A stretch of 64,000 bases of DNA from Polyangiales bacterium (GTDB taxonomy: Bacteria > Myxococcota_A > Polyangia > Polyangiales > Polyangiaceae): assembly GCA_038230375.1 (NCBI GenBank), contig JBBRNJ010000052.1, positions 1-64,000 on the forward strand, in the 5' to 3' direction. Shown in pieces: positions 38,325-48,242 of the stretch. The notes under the pieces are model-generated. The model was not told where the DNA came from and ran no database searches. It saw only the letters and a program-made list of their open reading frames with translations. Position 1 is the first letter of the stretch, and every line of letters starts with the position of its first letter. Both the position numbers and the translations under genes were made by a program.

Positions 38325-39782
38325 ATGCGCGGCCACAGAAGAGCAAAGATAAACCAAGCGACGTGGTGGGTAGCGCGGCTGCCCGGCACGCTCCGGATCT
38401 GGCTGCCTGCCCTGCTGGTGCCGTGCCTTGCGCTCCTCGCCGGCCCGGCGCACGCCGATGTCCAGCTCGCCGACGATGACGAGGTGGAGCGGCCCGATGC
38501 GGCTGCATTACTGGGTGATTCGCTCTCGGGAAGGCCCATGGACCTGCGGATGCCGCGCCCGCGAATGGGCAAGGGTGCTCGCCACGCCTGCTCCTTCCAG
38601 CTGCCCATCTGTGTCCACGGCGATGCCTGGGTGACGGTCCAGACGGTGCTCGCCACCCTGCGCGCGGCTGAGAGTGCGTGGCAGGCCTACACGGACACCA
38701 TGGGGTTGCCAGGACCGGACGCGAGCATCACGACCGGCGCGTTCGATCTCTACCTGGTCGACTCACCCGTTCTCGACGTGGAGGCATTCGTGGACGAGCG
38801 CGACCCTCGCTCACGCGTTGATCGAGGCAACGCGTTCGTGCTGATGGATGGTCGTCTCACGGCTGGCTGCCCGGTGGACGCGGCGGCTGCGTATGGCGTT
38901 GCGCGCGGAATCCAGCTCACGGTGGCGCCCGCCACGGACACTGCCTCTGCGCGCGCGCAGTCGCAGTCGCTCGCATCGATCGTGGTGCCTTGCGCGATCG
39001 GCCGCTCTGCGGGCGGCGTGGGCCTTCAGCAGTGGCATCCGGAGCTCTCGTTCGCGGACTCGCTGGTGCACGCGGATCCAAACCTGAGCGCGTCGTTCTC
39101 GCGCGGTGGCTCGCTCTTCTACGACTGGCTGGATGAGACCTACGGACAGTACCCAGGCGCGATCGTCTCCACGATCTGGTCACTCACTCCAACGACGACA
39201 TCGACGGGGGCCGCGCTGTGGAACAACGAGCCCGACGGCTTCGACGTGCTGCGAAAGAGCTTCAAGGACGCGCTGTCGCATGGGTCAGATGTCTCCGACC
39301 TGTACCTCGACTTCGCGGTCGCGCGCGCGTTCCAGGGCTCGCGATCGGACGGCAAGCATGGTCGTGACATGGCGGCGCTCGGCGACGGCGGCGCGGTCGC
39401 GTTCGACTGGGAGGTGGAGTTTCCGGATCGTCCGCGCGCGCTCTCTTCGCGTCGCCCGCTCGCTCCGCTGGGCTCCGCGTACTTCGTGGTGAAGACCGCC
39501 GCGGCGCAGACCGCGAGCCTGCGAATCGAGGCGACGTGGGAGGAGCGCGCGCGCATGAAGCTCGCCGTGGTGAAGATCGACAAGGATGGTCGCGAGCTCG
39601 GCCGGCTCCCGATCGCGAGCTTGAAGAAGGCGACGAACGCTGGGCTGTCCGTGGTGGATCTCACGGGCGTCGACAGGCTGCTCATCGTCGCCGTCAACGC
39701 GGGCGACCCGGGCGTTCAGTTCGACCCTGACGACCTCATGTGGCAACCCCACGCACTGGTGGTCTCCATCGCTCCGGAATGA
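38325..39782 (+). CDS. Exported protein resembling MXAN_6640-type metalloproteases but lacking HExxH
   Basis: Signal peptide ending AHA; FDLYLVD...AFVLMD...AAAAYGVARGIQ; start uncertain. Confidence 0.6.
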   Translation: MRGHRRAKINQATWWVARLPGTLRIWLPALLVPCLALLAGPAHADVQLADDDEVERPDAAALLGDSLSGRPMDLRMPRPRMGKGARHACSFQLPICVHGDAWVTVQTVLATLRAAESAWQAYTDTMGLPGPDASITTGAFDLYLVDSPVLDVEAFVDERDPRSRVDRGNAFVLMDGRLTAGCPVDAAAAYGVARGIQLTVAPATDTASARAQSQSLASIVVPCAIGRSAGGVGLQQWHPELSFADSLVHADPNLSASFSRGGSLFYDWLDETYGQYPGAIVSTIWSLTPTTTSTGAALWNNEPDGFDVLRKSFKDALSHGSDVSDLYLDFAVARAFQGSRSDGKHGRDMAALGDGGAVAFDWEVEFPDRPRALSSRRPLAPLGSAYFVVKTAAAQTASLRIEATWEERARMKLAVVKIDKDGRELGRLPIASLKKATNAGLSVVDLTGVDRLLIVAVNAGDPGVQFDPDDLMWQPHALVVSIAPE

Positions 39783-39813
39783 GCGACTCGGCTCAGCGAC
39801 GGCTCAGCGACGG

Positions 39814-42318
39814 CTAGCGACGACGGCGCCGTACGAGCACCAGCGCGCTGAACACCGCGAGCCCTGCCCAGCCCAGGCGATCGTCCGCCGAGCCGGATAC
39901 GTGCATACTGCATGCACCACCGGTCGCGCGTGATGGGTACGATGCGGTCCAGGGGTCCGTAGCGACCGGGACGCTCTTTGGTGCGACGACGGCCACACCA
40001 TCCAGCTCCAGGCCGAACGTGGCGTACGTGCCTCCGTACCCGGGCGGCGGCGTGAGTATGTAGACCCACACGCCGGGACCGCGGCGCGTGAGCTGCGGCG
40101 ACTCCAGCCTGTTGCCGCCGAACGACACGACAGGGTTGAGCCGCGCAGGATCGACCAGGTCAGCCACGTCACCCGACGGAGTGCGAAGCTCCGCGATCAC
40201 CGTGAAGGGCGTGGACCCATCCGCGGGCACGAACGATTCGCTGAGCGTGACCCAGCTGTTCGCGTATGCGGGCAGCGAGTTCTGCGGGTTCTTCATGCGG
40301 TCCAGCGCGACGAGGGACCCGAGCACGTCAACCTCACCGGGACCGTTTTGATCGTCGAACGGGGCCGGACCACGAAACCTGTGCGCGCCGGCCTGGAGCA
40401 GCGCCGTCATCTGATCCTGCGTGAGCGACGGGTCGCGCCCCAGCAGCACCGCCGCGGTTCCGGCCACCATGGGCGCGGACATCGACGTGCCGACGGAGAC
40501 CGCATGGAACGCATCGACCTGCAGACAGCGGTTGTCGGTCGCGCCACTGCGGAGCTTCGGACAGTCGCCGCCGGAGTTGAAGATGCTACTCGCGGAGCTG
40601 GGTGGTGCGTCCTTGCTCATGGCGGCGATGACGACGCCGCCAGGCGCGGCGATCTCGGGCTTGGCGATCCCCGCGGCGTTGGGCCCCGCGCTGGAGAACC
40701 AGCAGATCTCTCCCTGGTTCAGATCGCGGCCTGGTGACTTCGAGTCAGGTAGACCGCCCACCACGTCGAGTACGGGAACGGACACACCGACATCCGCGCC
40801 ACCGATGCTCGCCCATCGCGTCCGATTCACCGTGCAACCAACGCCGATGATGTTGGGATTCGTGGCAGGCAGATTGACCGTGCCCTCGCGCACGCCGTAC
40901 GCGAAGTGCGCAGGGGTGCCAGAGAAGGCAGACGCGTCGCCCGTGCCCTGCAGGTAGAGGTCCGCAGTGCCGTCGCCGTCGAGCTCGATCTCGTAGGTGC
41001 CCTTCGGCCACTTGCCCGTCCACACGACGACCGCACCATGCGATGCGATCGGCACGGGCGAGCTCGTGTTGCTCTGCCCGTAGATCACGCCCGCGTTGTA
41101 GTCGCTCGTGTTCTTGCCTGCCTCTTGGCCATCCGGCACAGGCGAGATCCACTCGCCCTCGGGGCTGTTCAGGCCGACCTTGATGCTGGCGCCCGCGCGC
41201 AGTGAGACCCACACCTGCACAGTGCCCGACGTGGCGCCCTGCGTGACGACGGGGACGCGGGTGGTGGCACCGGTCGCGACGTGGACGACCTGGTGAATGG
41301 GCAGATCGGCGACACTGCCGCTGTTGCCTGCGGCCGCGACGAGCACGTGGCCCGGATGATCCTTGCCCACGAAGGCCGCGATGGTCTGCTCCCACAGCAT
41401 GTTGCCGTCGTGCGAGCCGAAGTCGCTGCCAAGCGAGAGGTTCACCGCCACGGGGCGTTTCATCGCGTCCGCGCGATCGAACATGAACTTCACGGCGGAC
41501 ACGAGATCGTCGTTCGAGATGGACTCGGAGTGCGCATGCGTGACGCGCACGAACAGGATTCCCGCCTTCGGAGCGACGCCCTGGTATCCGCCCTTCGCGC
41601 GACCGTTCGACGCCGCGATCGAGGTGACGTGGGTGCCGTGGCCAATCTCGTCCGTGGGGGTCACGCCCTTCTGGCCGATCAACTGATCGATGTCCGAGGC
41701 GGCGAGCACGGCGCCTGCGACCGGGTTGCCCGCGTCGTCCTTCACCGAGAACTGCTTCTCGAGGTCCGGGTACAGGCCCACGGGCTTCAGCGAATAGTCG
41801 AGCAGCCACGCGACGCGCGTGTGACCGGTCTCGTCCAGGAAATCAGGATGCGTGACGTCGATGCCGGTGTCCGCCACGCCCACGAGCGCGCCCTTCCCAT
41901 CCGCGCCAGCGAGCGCGGCAGCGGCCGCCTTCGTCCACACGCCAGCCTGCTTCAGGAGGGGGTGTACGGTGGGCGCGACCTCGATGCGGAGGCCAGGATG
42001 CGCCACGGCGAACGCGTCGAGCTGCGCGGCGGAGCCATGGATGCGGCCGATGCCGGGAACGATCTCGGTGAGCCCGAGCGACGCGGGCGTCACGCCCCTT
42101 GGAACGCTGACGAGCGCGCCGATGCGCCCCGTGTCCGGCGCGAGCACGTGCGCGGCGTGGGGGCCGAGCATCCGCAAGTAGCGAACACCATTCGCGGGAT
42201 CGATCGATGGGGACGCGGGCGAAGCGGGGGCCGGCGCAGTGGGACCGTCGGCCCTCACATGAGATGCACACACGACCGTCGCGAGGACCATGGCCGGAAG
42301 CAGAAGGAAGCGTCGCAT
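39814..42318 (-). CDS. S8 subtilisin-like serine protease with MYXO-CTERM-type sorting tail
   Basis: Triad motifs DTG, HGTHV and GTSMSAP; AAGNSG oxyanion motif; C-terminal GGACS...TM...RRRRR. Confidence 0.92.
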   Translation of the reverse strand: MRRFLLLPAMVLATVVCASHVRADGPTAPAPASPASPSIDPANGVRYLRMLGPHAAHVLAPDTGRIGALVSVPRGVTPASLGLTEIVPGIGRIHGSAAQLDAFAVAHPGLRIEVAPTVHPLLKQAGVWTKAAAAALAGADGKGALVGVADTGIDVTHPDFLDETGHTRVAWLLDYSLKPVGLYPDLEKQFSVKDDAGNPVAGAVLAASDIDQLIGQKGVTPTDEIGHGTHVTSIAASNGRAKGGYQGVAPKAGILFVRVTHAHSESISNDDLVSAVKFMFDRADAMKRPVAVNLSLGSDFGSHDGNMLWEQTIAAFVGKDHPGHVLVAAAGNSGSVADLPIHQVVHVATGATTRVPVVTQGATSGTVQVWVSLRAGASIKVGLNSPEGEWISPVPDGQEAGKNTSDYNAGVIYGQSNTSSPVPIASHGAVVVWTGKWPKGTYEIELDGDGTADLYLQGTGDASAFSGTPAHFAYGVREGTVNLPATNPNIIGVGCTVNRTRWASIGGADVGVSVPVLDVVGGLPDSKSPGRDLNQGEICWFSSAGPNAAGIAKPEIAAPGGVVIAAMSKDAPPSSASSIFNSGGDCPKLRSGATDNRCLQVDAFHAVSVGTSMSAPMVAGTAAVLLGRDPSLTQDQMTALLQAGAHRFRGPAPFDDQNGPGEVDVLGSLVALDRMKNPQNSLPAYANSWVTLSESFVPADGSTPFTVIAELRTPSGDVADLVDPARLNPVVSFGGNRLESPQLTRRGPGVWVYILTPPPGYGGTYATFGLELDGVAVVAPKSVPVATDPWTASYPSRATGGACSMHVSGSADDRLGWAGLAVFSALVLVRRRRR

Positions 42319-42414
42319 GAAGGAAGAGAAGGTTCTCCCAACATGGCCCTCTAGCGCAAGCCCGGCATTGTCACTGTCCCGATTGCCCCATTGGGCACTA
42401 TGTTCCCAGGACAC

Positions 42415-43320
42415 ATGGTCGAGCGCTCCCAGCCGTCGCAGCCCGCCAGGAAGAAGATCGGCGCGTCGACCACGCCTGCGTCGATGGCGAACATCAAGAT
42501 CCTGGGCCGCGAGTTCGCGCCTCACAAGGACATCTATCACCTCATCCTTCGTGTGCCGTGGTGGGCGTTCTTCGTGGGCATGGCGCTCATGTTCTTCGGC
42601 ACCAACGCGATCTTCGCGATTGCCTACGACCTGTCGCCGGGCTGCATCGACCACGTGAAGGACTACGAGGACGCGTTCTACTTCAGCGTCCAGACGCTCG
42701 GCACGATCGGCTACGGCGGCATGTCACCGGCCTCGCGCTACGGGCACCTGGTGGTGAGCATCGAGGCGTTCACCGGCCTGCTCATGACGGCCATGGTGAC
42801 CGGTCTCACGTTCGCGAAATTCGCGCGGCCCACGGCGCGCGTGCTGTTCACCAAGTACGCCGTCATTCACTCCCGCGACGGCGTGCCGCATCTCATGTTC
42901 CGCATGTCGAACTTCCGCGCGAACAACGTGGTGGAGGCCACGCTTCGCGTCGGCCTGATGATCGTGGAGCGCACGCGGGAGGGCGAGGTGATGCGGAAGG
43001 CAATAGACATCCCGCTCACGCGCGCCAGCACCGCGCTGTTCTTCCTGTCGTGGACGGCCATGCACAAGATCGACGAGTCGAGCCCATTCTTCAGCGCCGA
43101 GCAGCGGCAGAAGCTCAGGGACGAGAAGGCGGAGCTCTTCCTGTCCTTCACCGGCCTGGACGAGACCATCGCCGCACAGATCCACACGCGGTACCGCTAC
43201 GCCATGAGTGACATCGTCGAGAACGCGCGCTTCGCTGACATCCTGCACCAGGCGGAGGACGGCACGCGCGTGCTCGACTACGCGAACTTCCACGAGATCA
43301 TCCGGAACGACCCGTCCTGA
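42415..43320 (+). CDS. Inward-rectifier potassium channel (KirBac-like)
   Basis: DAFYFSVQTLGTIGYG selectivity filter, FAKFARP, SWTAMHKIDESSP and RFADI motifs. Confidence 0.92.
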   Translation: MVERSQPSQPARKKIGASTTPASMANIKILGREFAPHKDIYHLILRVPWWAFFVGMALMFFGTNAIFAIAYDLSPGCIDHVKDYEDAFYFSVQTLGTIGYGGMSPASRYGHLVVSIEAFTGLLMTAMVTGLTFAKFARPTARVLFTKYAVIHSRDGVPHLMFRMSNFRANNVVEATLRVGLMIVERTREGEVMRKAIDIPLTRASTALFFLSWTAMHKIDESSPFFSAEQRQKLRDEKAELFLSFTGLDETIAAQIHTRYRYAMSDIVENARFADILHQAEDGTRVLDYANFHEIIRNDPS

Positions 43321-44315
43321 TGGGTCGCGCTCCCGTCGAACTGTATGCAGACTGCACGCATTGTCGGTTGGAGGGCGGCGTGGCGGAGCTCTACGACCCG
43401 GACTCGCCTGCGAGCAGGTTCGGGGTGCCCTCGCAGGAGAGCTGCAGGCTCTGCCTGGTGACGGTGCGCGGCGTGGTGCGCGGCGCTGACGGTGTCGAGA
43501 TCGCGGTCGACATGTCGCGCGTGCCCGCCAATGCGTGCCCGGCGTGCCGTGCGCCACTGGACCCGTCCGCGCTGGACGAGAAGGCTTGTGCCCACTGCGG
43601 CGCGCGATGCGTTCCGATGGTCGTGCACGCGCCCGTGATGTTCGCCACGCGCGAGGCACTGCTCTTGCGGCTCGACGCGTGGGCGATGGAGGACGGGGCG
43701 GGCTCACGCGACGACCTGCTCGTGTCGCGGTTCGTCACGCCGGACGCGGACGACATCCTAGCGCGCCTTGTACGCGGCGACGTGCTCCCCACGATCGTGG
43801 ATCCATTCGCCCTTGGCGGAGGGCGCGGCGTGTCGAACCAGGGCGAAGCACCCGTCGCGGACCCGGCGCCGCGGTCTGCACGCCAGGAGCCTCCCCCGCC
43901 CTCTGCGCCCCCGCGCGCGATCGTGTATCCGCTCGTGAGCGTGATCGCGGCGGACGGCGAGCTGCAAAAAGAGGAGCGCGAGGTGGTGGACCGCTTCCTG
44001 GAGAGCGAAGGCCTGGCGCCGCTCACCCTGGAAGAGTTCCGCGTGCACCGCGCAGAGGACGTCGCGCGGCTGGTGCCTGTCGACAAGCGCGAGAAGGTCG
44101 TCGAGCTCATGTGCGAGACCGCCTGCGCCGACGGCATCGCCGATGCGAGCGAGGTGCGCGTCATCCACGCGTACGCCTCCGCGTGGCACATCCCGGAAGA
44201 GAAGGTGAAGTTCTGGCTCTGGGGCTACGAGCACGCGAACGCGTCCGGCGCGAGACAACTCTGGCTCAAGATCCGGCGCTTTCTGCTTTCATCGCGGTGG
44301 GAGAACGACCAATGA
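43320..44315 (+). CDS. Zn-ribbon (4x CxxC) plus TerB-like domain protein
   Basis: CTHC, CRLC, CPAC, CAHC; C-terminal AADGELQKEERE and CADGIADASEVRV duplicated ADG..E motifs. Confidence 0.75.
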   Translation: MGRAPVELYADCTHCRLEGGVAELYDPDSPASRFGVPSQESCRLCLVTVRGVVRGADGVEIAVDMSRVPANACPACRAPLDPSALDEKACAHCGARCVPMVVHAPVMFATREALLLRLDAWAMEDGAGSRDDLLVSRFVTPDADDILARLVRGDVLPTIVDPFALGGGRGVSNQGEAPVADPAPRSARQEPPPPSAPPRAIVYPLVSVIAADGELQKEEREVVDRFLESEGLAPLTLEEFRVHRAEDVARLVPVDKREKVVELMCETACADGIADASEVRVIHAYASAWHIPEEKVKFWLWGYEHANASGARQLWLKIRRFLLSSRWENDQ

Positions 44316-45283
44316 CGGAAGGCACGAGCACGCCAGTTCGCTCCGAGGGCAAGGAGAGTCTCGCCCCGATCCAGGACCAGTTCCAGCGCGTGCTGTCGAA
44401 CATCAAGAAGGTGATCCTCGGCAAGGATGAAGTGATAATCCGCCTCTTGTGGGCCGTGGCCGCGCAGGGGCACGTGCTCTTTCGCGACGTGCCTGGCGTC
44501 GGCAAGACCATGCTCGCGAAGTCGTTCGCGGCCAGTGTGTCCGCCACGTTCAAGCGCATCCAGTTCACGCCCGACCTGCTGCCGATGGACGTGACCGGGT
44601 CCAACGTCTTCAACATGCACAAGAAGACGTTCGAGTTCGCGGCGGGTCCGGTGTTCACGAACGTGCTGCTCGCCGACGAGATCAACCGTGCGCCTCCGAA
44701 GACGCAGTCCGCGCTGCTCGAGGTGATGGAGGAGCGGCAGGTCACGGTGGAAGGGACCACGCACAAGTTGCCGCCGCCGTTCATCGCGATCGCCACCATG
44801 AACCCGCTCGAGGACGAGGGCACCTACGCGCTGCCCGCCGCGCAGATGGATCGCTTCATGATGATGCTGTCCGTCGGCTACCCGCCTGAGGATGCAGAGG
44901 CAAAGATGCTGGAGGTGCACCTCTCACCCAACCCTGCCCTTGCAGACCTCTTGCCCGTGGTCACCAGGGAGGACGTCGTTGCATGGCAGGCGCGGAGCCG
45001 CGCGATCTACGTGTCGCCCGAGATGCGCGCGTACGTCGTGTCAATCATGCGCGCGGTGCGCAACGACGAGCGGAACCTGCGGTCGGTGTCGCCACGCTCC
45101 ACGATCTTGCTGGCGCGGGCGGCGCAGGCGCGGGCCATGTTCTCGGGACGTGAGTTCGTGAACGTGGATGACGTGAAGACGCTCGCGCCGGACGTGCTGG
45201 GCCACCGCGTGCTGACGAGCGACTCGGGCGTGGGCAGAGAGCTCGTGCTGCGCAGCATGGAGAAGGTGCCAGCACCCGCGTGA
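44312..45283 (+). CDS. moxR: MoxR-family AAA+ ATPase
   Basis: GHVL..DVPGVGKT, RIQFTPDLLPMD, LLADEINRAPPKTQSALLEVMEE, ATMNP, EGTY.LP.AQMDRF. Confidence 0.95.
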   Translation: MTEGTSTPVRSEGKESLAPIQDQFQRVLSNIKKVILGKDEVIIRLLWAVAAQGHVLFRDVPGVGKTMLAKSFAASVSATFKRIQFTPDLLPMDVTGSNVFNMHKKTFEFAAGPVFTNVLLADEINRAPPKTQSALLEVMEERQVTVEGTTHKLPPPFIAIATMNPLEDEGTYALPAAQMDRFMMMLSVGYPPEDAEAKMLEVHLSPNPALADLLPVVTREDVVAWQARSRAIYVSPEMRAYVVSIMRAVRNDERNLRSVSPRSTILLARAAQARAMFSGREFVNVDDVKTLAPDVLGHRVLTSDSGVGRELVLRSMEKVPAPA

Positions 45284-45321
45284 AGCTTGCTTGTGCGCCT
45301 GATTTCGACTGTGATCGACGC

Positions 45322-46626
45322 ATGCGACGAAGGTTTGTGAGCGCGCTGTTGTTGGTTGTCGCAGCTTTGCCCTGGGCGTGCACGAAGCCAGAGACACAAC
45401 CGGCACCGACCGCACCGGACGCGTCGTTGATCACGATCACGCCGACCGCAGCCAGCGCATCGGCTGCCGCCGTGGATGCCAGCGCACTGAAGACGGCTCA
45501 TGCGCTGCACACGGACGACGGCGGCCTTCGCGCGGAGACCGCCGACGAAGCCGAGGATCGCCGACGCTACCGCTCCGCAATGACGAACGGCCGGATCGCG
45601 ACCATCCAGCGCAAGTACAACGCCGCGATCGGCGCGTTCGACGGCGCGCTCGCGGCCAAGAAGAACGACCCTCGCGCGCTCGCAGAGAAGGCCTATGCAA
45701 GGCTGATGTCGGGCAAGGAGCTGGACCTTGCGCGGAGCGATCTGGAGATGGCTGCCGCGAACACGAAGGACCCAAGGCTCCTCTCGCAGATCTGGTTCAA
45801 CCTGGGCCTGGTCGAGGACGATCTCCACGAGAGCGACAACGCGCAGGTGGACTACTGGATGGCCGACCACGTGTTTCCCAGCCCCGCTGCGCGCTCGAAG
45901 CTCAAGGGCAAGAAGATCTGCCCCATCCGCACGGACTACACGTTCAAGGCCGCGTTCCCGGAGAAGACGCGTGTGCAAGCGCCCGGCTGGCTTGCGCTGT
46001 GGAAGGAGCTCCCGTCCACCACGTGGGATGACGACGACGCGCCGAAGACCGACGACGAAGCGCGCAAGGCGCTCACGGGGAACGACGGCCCTGCCGCAGC
46101 GGTGACGTTCCCCGTGATCATCACGGCAGGCCACGGCGGCGCGGGTCGCGCTTCGTTCGTCGTCGGGAAGTCGGACAAGGGACTCGGTGCGGTGGCGCTC
46201 GGCGCGGACGTGGGCGGTCGCTGCCCTGGAGACGTCGCGTTCGAGATCGTGAGAACGCGCGGCGCACTCGTCCATGTGAACGGCCGGGAGACCCCGGAGG
46301 GCGGATACTCGTACATGTGCACGCACGTCGACGCTGGCGCTGACGGCCCCGTGGGTCCATGCACGGACGCCGAGTTCGCGAACGACGGCACGCCGATCCA
46401 GTCGTTCTGCGCAGGTGGCGCCGCGACGGAGCGCGACCTCGTGATCGACGTGCAGCGGGGAACAGTGCTCGTCGCGATCGAGCGCCCGTACGTGGACAGC
46501 AAGGCCGGCACGAAGGGCGCTGTCACCGTGGCGCTCGGCGATCGGGGCCTCACGCTCACCGGGCTGGATTGCACGGGCACCACCATCCCCCTCGTCGGGC
46601 CCGGAGACGCTGGAGCACCTCATTGA
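45322..46626 (+). CDS. TPR-containing lipoprotein
   Basis: Lipobox WAC; TPR-like helices (YNAAIGAFDGALA..P, QIWFNLGLV); Cys-containing beta-rich C-terminus. Confidence 0.72.
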   Translation: MRRRFVSALLLVVAALPWACTKPETQPAPTAPDASLITITPTAASASAAAVDASALKTAHALHTDDGGLRAETADEAEDRRRYRSAMTNGRIATIQRKYNAAIGAFDGALAAKKNDPRALAEKAYARLMSGKELDLARSDLEMAAANTKDPRLLSQIWFNLGLVEDDLHESDNAQVDYWMADHVFPSPAARSKLKGKKICPIRTDYTFKAAFPEKTRVQAPGWLALWKELPSTTWDDDDAPKTDDEARKALTGNDGPAAAVTFPVIITAGHGGAGRASFVVGKSDKGLGAVALGADVGGRCPGDVAFEIVRTRGALVHVNGRETPEGGYSYMCTHVDAGADGPVGPCTDAEFANDGTPIQSFCAGGAATERDLVIDVQRGTVLVAIERPYVDSKAGTKGAVTVALGDRGLTLTGLDCTGTTIPLVGPGDAGAPH

Positions 46627-48242
46627 GCTTGCTCAGGCTCCTGCGCGCGGCGTTCCACGGGGGCCTGCTCTTCATCCTTCCCTGGGGCGTGGGGGCGCTC
46701 GTCGGCATCGTGTTCGACGTGGACGAGGTGACGGAGACGTCTGCGTCGTTCGCGAAGTGGTTCGCGCTCTTCGCGCTGCCGCTGCTGCTCTTCACGGTGG
46801 TCGCGATCTCCGTGAAGGTCGGGCGTGAGCTTCGCTCGCTTGCCGAACAAGGGCAGCGCGGCTTCTCGGCGTTCGCGCTCGCGGCAGACAAGCACGTGCG
46901 CATCCTCACCGGCCGCGGCATCAGCCTGGCCGCGGGCTCGCTCATCATGGTTGCGCTGGCGCTGTCCGCAAAGTGGGCGCAGCTCGGCGTCGTGGCGGTG
47001 GCAGGATTGGGTGTATTGTACATCTTCTCGACGCTGGCGACTGTGGTCTCTGCCTTCAGTGTGCGTGCCTTCGATGACCGTCTGCGGCGCGGGCGCGGCA
47101 GCATCGATCGCGAGATGTCGCCCACCGTCGTGGACGCGGGAGATCCAGTGGAGGAGCGCTTCCTGCTCGCGCGCGTGCCGGTGCCACCCGCGTTCCGGCT
47201 GCACATCGAGGAAGAGCTGCCAGATCGCCTCTCCGGTCAGACGCGCTTCGCCGTGAATCGCGGCGTCAACCGCGCGAAGGCCACGCTCTCGGCGCCGCTC
47301 CCTCGCACAGCGCGCGGTGTGTACAAGCTGGGCCCCGCGCACATCTGGTACGAGGACGTGCTGGGCATGACCCGCGTCGCCGTCGCCTCGCACGCCTGCG
47401 CAAACCTCCGCGTGCTGCCGCGACTGCGCGCGATCTCCTGGCAGAAGGAGCCGCGAAGCCTGTCGCGCGCAGAGGGGCCGCTCTCACGCCTCTCGCGCCT
47501 TGCCACAGAGGACCACTTCCGCACGCGCGAGTACGTCCAGGGCGACGACGTGCGACGCGTGCACTGGAAGCAATCCGTCAACACCGGACGCTTGATGGTG
47601 CGCGTGCCAGAGTCGGTGCCGTTCGCGCCGCAGAAGGTGGTGCTCGTACTGGACACCCACCTTCCGAACGCGTGGGCGTACGGACGCGCATCGCTCGAGG
47701 ACGCGCTCGACGTGGCCGTGGAGACCTGGATCGCGATCGCGCACGCTTTCGTGCGGCGTGGAGAGAAGGTAGAGCTCGTGACCGCCGGCGCGAACGGGCG
47801 CGAGACGCTGACGTGCAGGCGCGGCGAGGAGCGACGCTGGCGCTCGATCGGCGCGGAAGCCGCCTACCAGAGCGTGCTCGACGGTCGCGCGCTCCTCGGT
47901 GATCTGGCGAAGGACACGTCTGCCATCCTGGTCACCTGCGGGTTCTCGGATCTGTCCGGGCTCGCCGGAGGCAAGGCGAGCCTCGTGCTGATCGACACCG
48001 CGAGCCTGCTGCCGCAGGCCGTGAAGCGCGAGGACGATCGCCTCTTCCGCTACCGCTACCCGGTCGGAGCGGAGGACAACAAGATTGACTGGAAGGAGGT
48101 CTTCGGCGGCAAGCCCGACTCCGCACGCGTGCTCCGCGCTGCGGCGACGGCGCGCACGGACACGCTCGCCCTTGCGGGGCGCGGCATCGACATCGTCATG
48201 GCGCGGCCCAAGGGTGCGCTCGTTTTGCTGGAGCGCCCATGA
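46623..48242 (+). CDS. DUF58-domain membrane protein (vWA-like MoxR partner)
   Basis: RGVYKLGP, REYVQGDDVRRVHWKQS..TGRLMVR, VVLVLDT; 4 N-terminal TM segments; TTGA overlap with the upstream gene. Confidence 0.88.
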   Translation: MSLLRLLRAAFHGGLLFILPWGVGALVGIVFDVDEVTETSASFAKWFALFALPLLLFTVVAISVKVGRELRSLAEQGQRGFSAFALAADKHVRILTGRGISLAAGSLIMVALALSAKWAQLGVVAVAGLGVLYIFSTLATVVSAFSVRAFDDRLRRGRGSIDREMSPTVVDAGDPVEERFLLARVPVPPAFRLHIEEELPDRLSGQTRFAVNRGVNRAKATLSAPLPRTARGVYKLGPAHIWYEDVLGMTRVAVASHACANLRVLPRLRAISWQKEPRSLSRAEGPLSRLSRLATEDHFRTREYVQGDDVRRVHWKQSVNTGRLMVRVPESVPFAPQKVVLVLDTHLPNAWAYGRASLEDALDVAVETWIAIAHAFVRRGEKVELVTAGANGRETLTCRRGEERRWRSIGAEAAYQSVLDGRALLGDLAKDTSAILVTCGFSDLSGLAGGKASLVLIDTASLLPQAVKREDDRLFRYRYPVGAEDNKIDWKEVFGGKPDSARVLRAAATARTDTLALAGRGIDIVMARPKGALVLLERP

